Positions 8,527-15,442 of a stretch of 21,148 bases of DNA are shown here, in pieces. A model generated the notes under the pieces. That model was not told where the DNA came from and ran no database searches. It saw only the letters and a list, made by a program, of their open reading frames with translations. Every line of letters starts with the position of its first letter. The stretch's first letter is position 1. This stretch comes from Chlamydiota bacterium. Lineage in GTDB: Bacteria > Chlamydiota > Chlamydiia > Chlamydiales > SM23-39. The stretch is from contig JBEHXF010000035.1 of the NCBI GenBank assembly GCA_048498835.1, forward strand, positions 1-21,148, given 5' to 3'. The translations under genes were made by a program, and so were the position numbers.

Positions 8527-9456
8527 ATGAATGAAGTAGGAATCGTTGGACTCGATGAAGAGTTTGAAGACAAAATCAACCCATTAGCGGTCGATTTTGG
8601 CAAAATTCAGCTCAACCAAATCCCACCCGAAGAAGAAAAGACCATTCGCAATACGATTGGCGCAAGTAAAGCCATCGTCGCAACCGATCGCCCTGGACGT
8701 TGGGATCGCTTTCCAACAAATTCCCTGTCCGATCTTCCACCCAATACAGATAAGGTCAAATCTGCCGCAAAAGAAGTACTCGGATTTAAATCGCAATTAG
8801 CCCCTAGCCTATTCGATGTTGTAAAAGAAGTAGAATCGCCCAATGATGCTACGATCGCAAAATTGCAAGAGGCCTTTACGCAGGGCGCAGCCAAATTGCA
8901 AAACCTGCAACCCTCAAATCCGATCGAAGAGACTCCCGATTCTGACCTGATCAAACTCGCCCTCGAGGATGTCGGAACCGTGAAGGGCCTGGATTTCCCC
9001 AACCTCGCTCATGAAATCGTCGAACTCGGTCTGGAAATGGAAAATTATCAGACGGAGCATAAGCTCAACGAATACCAAAAACAAGCCCATGAGCACAAAG
9101 CGACGATCGATCTGCTCCTCAAATTGAGTGCAAGGCTGCAAAAATTACCGAGTGATGTAGCTTCTCATAAGCTCAGTGACGATGTGCAATCGCTACTCGA
9201 AAAACTCAAAGCAAAAGATCTCGATATTTTCCCTGAATCGAATGGCAAGATCACAAAAGAGCAACTCGCCTCTTCTAAGTCGCTCATCGGATCTCATATC
9301 GACCAACAGAGATTGAAACTGCAAGACATCTTTACGACAAAAATTTCGATGACCGTCCAATTTATGAATACGATGGTCGACGTGATGAAGAACGTCATCC
9401 GTGGACACGATCGCCTTCTATCGACGATCTCGAGAAACTCAGGACGAGGCGGATAA
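8527..9456 (+). CDS. T3SS-associated coiled-coil protein; candidate needle-tip protein (LcrV/Bsp22-like; CT863 position)
   Basis: First gene of the operon, stop overlaps the chaperone start; helical; amphipathic C-terminal helix NTMVDVMKNVIRGHDRLLSTISRN. Confidence 0.55.
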   Translation: MNEVGIVGLDEEFEDKINPLAVDFGKIQLNQIPPEEEKTIRNTIGASKAIVATDRPGRWDRFPTNSLSDLPPNTDKVKSAAKEVLGFKSQLAPSLFDVVKEVESPNDATIAKLQEAFTQGAAKLQNLQPSNPIEETPDSDLIKLALEDVGTVKGLDFPNLAHEIVELGLEMENYQTEHKLNEYQKQAHEHKATIDLLLKLSARLQKLPSDVASHKLSDDVQSLLEKLKAKDLDIFPESNGKITKEQLASSKSLIGSHIDQQRLKLQDIFTTKISMTVQFMNTMVDVMKNVIRGHDRLLSTISRNSGRGG

Positions 9457-9845
9457 TGGCAGAATCGTTTGCGCTGACTGACGAGGCAGCCGAACAATTT
9501 TATGCATTTGGCTATGCGCAATACGATACAGGCAATTGGCAAAAAGCAGCCGATGCCTTCTCCGTTCTTTGCGCGCGTCGCCCATTAGATGCGCGATTCT
9601 GGTTTGGCCTTGGCGCAACGTTGCAAGAGTCTGGCGATTACAGCGGCGCGCTCAACGCCTGGGCGATGACCGCTCTCCTCGATCGCAATGATCCCTACCC
9701 CCACTATCATGCGGCTGAATGTTCCATCTCACTTAAAAACATCCAAGATGCGCAGCTCGCCCTCAAAGAAGCAGAACAGAGAATTTCTAGCGCAGCTCAC
9801 CCATTAAAAGATCGGATTTCTGTCTTGAAAGAGAGGACGTTATGA
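9456..9845 (+). CDS. lcrH: Class II T3SS translocator chaperone, SycD/LcrH family (TPR)
   Basis: EQFYAFGYAQYDTG, RFWFGLGATLQ, DPYPHYHAAECSISL are typical SycD/LcrH TPR segments. Confidence 0.92.
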   Translation: MAESFALTDEAAEQFYAFGYAQYDTGNWQKAADAFSVLCARRPLDARFWFGLGATLQESGDYSGALNAWAMTALLDRNDPYPHYHAAECSISLKNIQDAQLALKEAEQRISSAAHPLKDRISVLKERTL

Positions 9846-10804
9846 CTGCAGTGGGACTCGATTGGGATGAATGGAACGATCGAAGAGTCGATGCAATCGC
9901 TACTCTCGATCCATTTTGCCCCATCGATTTCAAACCTCCTGCCCCACAAGGCCTATCGGGAGCCTCTTCCATCAGCTCCGTCGAGAGAAACTCCCCACTT
10001 GCCCCGCTTAAACCAAAACTAGCGCCTCCCGTGGCTGTCTGTGGTAAAAGCTATCTTCTCGATATCATCGATCTCCACAACGAAGCAGAAGAGATTACGA
10101 CGGCGATTATCGATCATACGAGTGAACAGATCCGTTCCGACATGGCTCTTCTGGATAAATTCAGCAATGAACGAGCCGCTGCTCTCGAACAACATGCCCG
10201 AGAAATCGCCGCTCGCGAAACCTGGGGCGTTTGGGCCACGATCGCCCAATATATAACGACAGCTGCCTCAGTCGTTCTCGGTATCGGCCTCCTCTCCAAT
10301 CCCGCCACGGCTACGGCTGGTGGATTTCTCATCGCATCGGGTGGACTTGGACTCGGCAACCGCGTGCTCAATGATCTCGGCGTCTGGAATGTCATCCCAA
10401 CCTACTTTACTGAATCGGTTGAAACGCAACAAAAAGTAGCCCGCTGGATCGATACGGGCATGTACTTCCTCTCTGTCGGTCTCGGACTTGCAGGCGGTAT
10501 CATGGCTTATCAAGCCGGAGCCTTTGCAACCGCATCGAAAGACGAAATCGCCCAAAAAGTGGGACAGATCATGGGCATTGCCGGCACGGTGATGGGAGCT
10601 GCGACCCGTTTCGGTGGCGCGCTCGCAGATCGAAGAGCCCTTCGGCTCCAAGCAGACTTAAAATTGATCGACGCGAAGAATTTTTCTTTGCGCCAAGAAG
10701 TAAATGATCAAACAGCAGATATCAAAAAAGCGATCGAGATGAATACTCGGATTGGAGAAGATGTGCGCAACGTCATCATCTCATCTGAAGTTTCTTTCGA
10801 TTAA
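9842..10804 (+). CDS. Major T3SS translocator, SctE/YopB/CopB2-like
   Basis: Follows the chaperone; PxLxxP chaperone-binding motif PKLAPP (aa 58-63, 10013-10030); coiled coil followed by Gly/Ala-rich hydrophobic segments. Confidence 0.78.
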   Translation: MTAVGLDWDEWNDRRVDAIATLDPFCPIDFKPPAPQGLSGASSISSVERNSPLAPLKPKLAPPVAVCGKSYLLDIIDLHNEAEEITTAIIDHTSEQIRSDMALLDKFSNERAAALEQHAREIAARETWGVWATIAQYITTAASVVLGIGLLSNPATATAGGFLIASGGLGLGNRVLNDLGVWNVIPTYFTESVETQQKVARWIDTGMYFLSVGLGLAGGIMAYQAGAFATASKDEIAQKVGQIMGIAGTVMGAATRFGGALADRRALRLQADLKLIDAKNFSLRQEVNDQTADIKKAIEMNTRIGEDVRNVIISSEVSFD

Positions 10805-10815
10805 GAGGGGGCATT

Positions 10816-11571
10816 ATGGCAGTAGAAGCAATAGACACCATTGTAAAACCAAAAACAGTGAATCCAGCCGATGATGGACGGATCCACATTCACGATGTAC
10901 CTGATGCGGCAACCATCAAAAAAACCGCTGCCATCTCAGCTGAAGCTCTCGATTTTCCCATTCTCTCAAACAACGAAGTGAAAATCACCGAAGCTCCACC
11001 CATCGCTGAAAAAGTAACCGAAGCGGCAGTCCCAGTCCTCGGCGGTGAAATCAACACCGATGAGAAAAGATTAGAAGCCCTGACGACTGAACTGAACAGC
11101 ACGCTCGCATCACACCCGAACTTCATGATTAAAATCGCCGAACTCGTTCGAGAAATTCTCCAGCTCACCCAACAAATTTCCGAACGCGATCGGACCCGCA
11201 TCGAAGACATGAAGACAAAGTACAACAATCTCTCAGAAACATCCTCTGAGTCGATGCGCAGCAAGGGGAACACTAATGTCTACATGACCCTCGCAGCTTT
11301 CTGCGTCCAGTTTGGAGCTCTCGCATTCACCAACGAGAATGACCAGCGATTCGTCAAATCGCTTGCCGATCAATTCCCGCAACTCGGCAGCTTCTTTACC
11401 TCGCGTCAAGACGCCGCCCAAAGCGAAGCGATGAATAAGATCAACCTCATCAATACCGAAATCCAAAACATCACGAACAACCAAAGTTCGCAATCGGGCT
11501 GGAAAGAGCAAATCATTGCCGCTTTCAACGAAGCGAAGCAGTGGCTCCAAAAAGCCTCCAGCGCAAACTAA
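10816..11571 (+). CDS. Minor T3SS translocator, SctB/YopD/CopD2-like
   Basis: Last gene of the operon (SD GAGGGG); single hydrophobic stretch VYMTLAAFCVQFGALAF; C-terminal amphipathic helix. Confidence 0.6.
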   Translation: MAVEAIDTIVKPKTVNPADDGRIHIHDVPDAATIKKTAAISAEALDFPILSNNEVKITEAPPIAEKVTEAAVPVLGGEINTDEKRLEALTTELNSTLASHPNFMIKIAELVREILQLTQQISERDRTRIEDMKTKYNNLSETSSESMRSKGNTNVYMTLAAFCVQFGALAFTNENDQRFVKSLADQFPQLGSFFTSRQDAAQSEAMNKINLINTEIQNITNNQSSQSGWKEQIIAAFNEAKQWLQKASSAN

Positions 11572-11577
11572 TCCCAC

Positions 11578-11611
11578 GTCGCCGCCCCCCGCGCGGCGAC
11601 AACTTCCCCTT
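11578..11611 (+). terminator. GC-rich hairpin after the translocon operon
   Basis: GTCGCCGC-N7-GCGGCGAC starts 7 nt after the stop; the tail is pyrimidine-rich but a poor U-tract. Confidence 0.45.
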
Positions 11612-11624
11612 CACGATCATTCTT

Positions 11625-11738
11625 CTCTTTTTTTATCGTTATATTGTTATATCTTTATATCGTTGAGAAGGATGTTTGCTAATCTGACCTAAAAAACGAT
11701 GAGAACGATATAACGATAAAAAGAGTTAACGACTCTTT
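11625..11738. repeat. Inverted repeat built from ATCGTT(AT)/AACGAT units
   Basis: Four 8-mers ATCGTTAT/ATTGTTAT/ATCTTTAT/ATCGTTGA (11635-11666) and three AACGAT (11695, 11704, 11712); AACGATATAACGATAAAAAGAG pairs with about 11625-11648. Confidence 0.8.
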
Positions 11739-11792
11739 CGCAGTCTCTAGCTAGCGACGTCTCTCGGTGTTTAAAGAAGTTAATTGCCTTTT

Positions 11793-11836
11793 CGGGCACG
11801 GGCACGCACACGGGCACGGGCACGGCCGCTTCGCGT
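11793..11836 (+). repeat. CGGGCA tandem hexamers ending in CGGCCGCTTCGCGT
   Basis: CGGGCA CGGGCA CGCACA CGGGCA CGGGCA CGGCCG CTTCGCGT; the last 26 nt match 19989-20014 at 25/26 positions. Confidence 0.85.
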
Positions 11837-11930
11837 GGATATTGGTTATTTCTCTTCTTTGCCCTACACCTGTTTTTTGTCTCTTCAGTTATAATATGTT
11901 TTTCACTTATAGTCCGGTGAGGGAGACTCT

Positions 11931-12719
11931 ATGTACGAAGTAGTTCAGCGCCAGACTGTACGCATCCTTGTGATGATCGGTGAATACATCTCAATGATCA
12001 TCGACGTCTTCGCCGCCGCTATGAAAAAACCACCCGCTTGGGGACTCATCCGAGAACAGATGTATCAACTTGGCGTGATGTCGCTATCCGTTGTCTCCAT
12101 CACTGGCTTTACAACTGGATTCGTCTTATCGGCTCAATCCTTCTATCAATTGGGTGAAAAGGGACTTGCTGGAGTAACCGGCGTATTGGTCGGCAAGTCG
12201 ATGATCACTGAGCTCGGACCTATTTTAACAGCTTTCATGGTCACGGGCCGAGTCGGCGCCGCGATGTGCGCAGAACTTGGAACCATGAAAGTCACCGAAC
12301 AGATCGACGCGATGAAATCGATGGCGGTCAATCCCAATGCCTACCTCGTCGCCCCACGCTTCATCGCCGGCATCTTTATGATTCCGCTTCTGACTCTCTT
12401 TAGCATCGTGATGGGCATTTTCGGTGGCTATTTAATCGCTGTATTTTTCTTTAACCTCTCGCCCATCAGCTACTTCGATCCAATGAAGGTGCATATCACC
12501 CCCTTTGATATCGCCTCGGGAATCATTAAATCGTTTATTTTTGGCGTCCTTCTCGTCACCGTCTGCTGTTATAAGGGCATGAAAACATCTGGCGGCGCGG
12601 CAGGAGTGGGGCGATCGACCACTCAAAGCGTGGTAACTAGCTACATCTTGATCCTCGTCTCCGATTTTCTCTTGACGATGCTCCTCAACATGATCCATAT
12701 GGAACTTAAACAGCTCTAA
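11931..12719 (+). CDS. mlaE: Lipid asymmetry ABC transporter permease
   Basis: ELGPILTAFMVTGRVGAAMCAELGTMKVTEQIDAM, YLVAPR, GGAAGVGRSTT. Confidence 0.95.
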   Translation: MYEVVQRQTVRILVMIGEYISMIIDVFAAAMKKPPAWGLIREQMYQLGVMSLSVVSITGFTTGFVLSAQSFYQLGEKGLAGVTGVLVGKSMITELGPILTAFMVTGRVGAAMCAELGTMKVTEQIDAMKSMAVNPNAYLVAPRFIAGIFMIPLLTLFSIVMGIFGGYLIAVFFFNLSPISYFDPMKVHITPFDIASGIIKSFIFGVLLVTVCCYKGMKTSGGAAGVGRSTTQSVVTSYILILVSDFLLTMLLNMIHMELKQL

Positions 12720-12721
12720 GC

Positions 12722-13489
12722 ATGATAACAGTTAAAAATATCTGGAAGCGCTACGGGAATATCGATGTACTCCGGGGCCTCAGCTTGGAAGCGCACGAGG
12801 GAGAAATCCTGGTCATCCTAGGCCGATCTGGGGTCGGTAAGAGCGTATTGCTCCGCCAAATCATCGGAATCGAAAAGCCCGATCAAGGGACGATCGAGGT
12901 CGATGGAACCATGATCACCTCTTTGAAAAAAGAGGAGCTCTACCAGGCCGTGCGACACATGGGCATGCTGTTTCAAGGATCGGCTCTGTTCGATTCGATG
13001 AACATCGAAGAAAATACTGCGTTTTATCTGAGACAGCATGGCAATCCCGAAACGGGCAAGCCCTTCTCAGAAGAAGAGATTCATAAAAGAGTAGATGAGG
13101 CGTTAAACGTCGTGGGATTGTCGGGAACACAGAAAAAAATGCCCTCCGATCTATCAGGAGGAATGCGCAAACGAGCTGGACTTGCTCGCTTGATCGTTTA
13201 CCGCCCTAAAATTCTCCTCTACGACGAACCGACCACAGGCCTCGATCCCATCACTTCGCAGCAAATCAACGAGCTGATCGTCAAAACACAAAATGAACTG
13301 AAAGGAACGAGCATTGTCGTCACTCACGACATTAACTCCGCCCTGTTCATGGCCGATCGCCTCGCGCTCCACTCGGACGGTAAAATCACCCATGTTGCCG
13401 ATCCTGAAACCTTTATGAATATCGATGACCCGATCATCAATTTCTTACGTGAAAGTCTGACCCACAAGCTAAGGAAACAACCCTCATGA
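12722..13489 (+). CDS. mlaF: Lipid asymmetry ABC transporter ATPase
   Basis: Walker A GRSGVGKS, LFQGSALFDSM, LSGGMRKRAGLAR, YDEPTTGLDP, VTHD. Confidence 0.95.
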   Translation: MITVKNIWKRYGNIDVLRGLSLEAHEGEILVILGRSGVGKSVLLRQIIGIEKPDQGTIEVDGTMITSLKKEELYQAVRHMGMLFQGSALFDSMNIEENTAFYLRQHGNPETGKPFSEEEIHKRVDEALNVVGLSGTQKKMPSDLSGGMRKRAGLARLIVYRPKILLYDEPTTGLDPITSQQINELIVKTQNELKGTSIVVTHDINSALFMADRLALHSDGKITHVADPETFMNIDDPIINFLRESLTHKLRKQPS

Positions 13490-14715
13490 CCGACCAGTTA
13501 AAAAACATGCTGATTGGCCTCTTCGTTGTGGCCGCGATTACCCTGGCGATTTCGATGATCCTGTTCCTCGAACCTTCGGTCGGCGACGGAAAGAAAATCC
13601 TTCACGTCCGATTCGCTAACGTAGCAGGAATCAATGTGGGCACTCGGGTCACCTACGCAGGCAAACCCGTTGGAGATGTCACCGCTATTTCCGAAGTTTA
13701 CAACGCTCGCGAACAGCCCACCGATGAAACGGGCCGCGTTTACCTCTATGAACTCACGCTTAAAGTCGATTCCTCAGTCGCTGTCTACAACACGGACGAG
13801 ATCGCGATCCGCACTTCGGGCCTCATGGGAGAAAAATCGGTCGCCATTCTCCCCAAAGCACCTCCCAAAGGCAAAGTTCCCGTTCTCATCACCAACCAAG
13901 TGATTTACGCCAACTCGGTCGATCCTCTCGAAAACACCTTCAATCAGATGACCCGCGTCGCTACCCAGCTGCAAGGCAGCATCGACAACTTTGACGACTG
14001 GTTCGACGAAAACCGAGACGCTCTCTCCGCTGCTGTCAAGTCGTTTGACGGCGCTATGTCTAAAGTAGAGACGGTCCTCGCGCAAGTTGAAGATGAAAAC
14101 CTTGTCCCAGCTGTCACCCAATCGGTCAATCTCCTCTCCGACAACCTCCGGATCGTCAAATCGAGTTTGGAAGATGATCAGCTCCTCAGCAAAGCCGCCA
14201 ACCTCATCACCAACATTGACCAAGCGGTCGCCACCTTTAATATCGATGGCGCGCAGACGATGAAAAACCTCAATATCATCACGCACGATATCGCCTCCGG
14301 GACCGGCACTCTCGGCCGCTTTATCACGAGCGACGACTTCTACCTCCGCCTCTCTTCCATCATGGGCAAAGTTGAAACCCTCATGAATGACATCAACCAC
14401 TACGGCGTTCTCTTCCAATATGACAAGAGCTGGCAGCGCGCTCGCACCAAAAAGGCAAACCTCGCCAAAGCCCTCGATACCCCATCCGAGTTCCGATCTT
14501 ATTTTGAAAACGAGATCGACAATATCCAAACAGCTTTGGGCCGTCTGACAGAAGTGCTCGACCGCGCAGAAGATTCTCCAGAACGACAAAGAATTCTTAA
14601 CAGTGAACCATTTAAACGGGATTTTGCCGCTTTGCTACGCCAAGCGCAGGCTCTGACCGATTCAATTAAACTCTACAATGAAGAGCTGATTGTGAAGGCA
14701 GATTGCTGCGAATAA
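13486..14715 (+). CDS. mlaD: MCE/MlaD-family protein with a long helical C-terminus
   Basis: N-terminal TM; MCE motifs FANVAGINVGTRVTYAGKPVGDV and IRTSGLMGEK; GTGTLGRFI. Confidence 0.9.
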   Translation: MTDQLKNMLIGLFVVAAITLAISMILFLEPSVGDGKKILHVRFANVAGINVGTRVTYAGKPVGDVTAISEVYNAREQPTDETGRVYLYELTLKVDSSVAVYNTDEIAIRTSGLMGEKSVAILPKAPPKGKVPVLITNQVIYANSVDPLENTFNQMTRVATQLQGSIDNFDDWFDENRDALSAAVKSFDGAMSKVETVLAQVEDENLVPAVTQSVNLLSDNLRIVKSSLEDDQLLSKAANLITNIDQAVATFNIDGAQTMKNLNIITHDIASGTGTLGRFITSDDFYLRLSSIMGKVETLMNDINHYGVLFQYDKSWQRARTKKANLAKALDTPSEFRSYFENEIDNIQTALGRLTEVLDRAEDSPERQRILNSEPFKRDFAALLRQAQALTDSIKLYNEELIVKADCCE

Positions 14716-14726
14716 TTCCGAAGGTT

Positions 14727-14735
14727 TGTTATACT
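14727..14735 (+). promoter_or_regulatory. Extended -10 element
   Basis: TG-T-TATACT, 30 nt upstream of the ATG at 14766. Confidence 0.4.
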
Positions 14736-14765
14736 AGTTCAAATTTTTAAAAAAAGATCATTACC

Positions 14766-15344
14766 ATGACGACGATACTCCTTATTCGGCACGGCCAAAC
14801 GAACGGTAACGTAGCCAATCTCGCCCAAGGGCATACTGATATCGAGCTCAATCATATCGGCCACAAACAAGCCGAAGAACTCGCTCAACGAATGAAGGCT
14901 AAACACTCGGACGTCTCAGCGATCTACGCAAGCGATCTCAAACGGGCCCATCAAACTGCTGGTAAAACCGCAGATCAACTCGGCCTTCCCATCTCCACCC
15001 GTTTTTCCCTTCGCGAGCGCCACTTCGGCATCGCGGAAGGAGCTCCCGTCACTGAGCTACAAGAAATGTACGGAGAGCCCCATTGGATCTTTGCGCCCAT
15101 TCCAGAATCCGAAACGCGCGAACAACTCCTTCACCGGGTTCGCTCTGAAATCAGCCAGATCGCCCTCGACCACGAAGGCGAAAAAGTAGCCATCTTCAGT
15201 CACGGCCTCGCTATCCTCGCCTTCATTGTAGATTGTGCAGGAGCCCAGATGACCTATCTTGAAAACTGCCATGTCGTCACACTCACAGTCGATCACAACG
15301 ACGGCATGCCCACCTTCCGTTTCCACGGCATCAACGAACACTAA
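14766..15344 (+). CDS. Histidine phosphatase (phosphoglycerate mutase) family protein
   Basis: LIRHGQT, SDLKRAHQTA, LRERHFG, FSHG: both catalytic histidines are present. Confidence 0.93.
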   Translation: MTTILLIRHGQTNGNVANLAQGHTDIELNHIGHKQAEELAQRMKAKHSDVSAIYASDLKRAHQTAGKTADQLGLPISTRFSLRERHFGIAEGAPVTELQEMYGEPHWIFAPIPESETREQLLHRVRSEISQIALDHEGEKVAIFSHGLAILAFIVDCAGAQMTYLENCHVVTLTVDHNDGMPTFRFHGINEH

Positions 15345-15359
15345 GTCTCATGTGCGTTT

Positions 15360-15435
15360 AATCACAGAGAACACAGAGAAAAAAATTGAGAGACATCTCT
15401 GTGCTCTCTTATCTTCCTTTGTTTCCTCTGTGATT
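15360..15435. repeat. Nested CACAGAG/CTCTGTG palindromic element between convergent genes, probably also a terminator
   Basis: AATCACAGAG (15360-15369) / CTCTGTGATT (15426-15435); inner CACAGAGA (15372-15379) / TCTCTGTG (15396-15403); T-run follows. Confidence 0.8.
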
Positions 15436-15442
15436 CGTTTTT

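Noticed and set aside
11625..11836. Possible CRISPR array
   Set aside because: Units are 6-8 nt with no unique spacers, and no cas genes are present
13774..14589. 271-aa antisense ORF and other nested ORFs inside tamA, tamB and the translocon genes
   Set aside because: Shadows of well-supported genes, favoured by the C-ending codon bias
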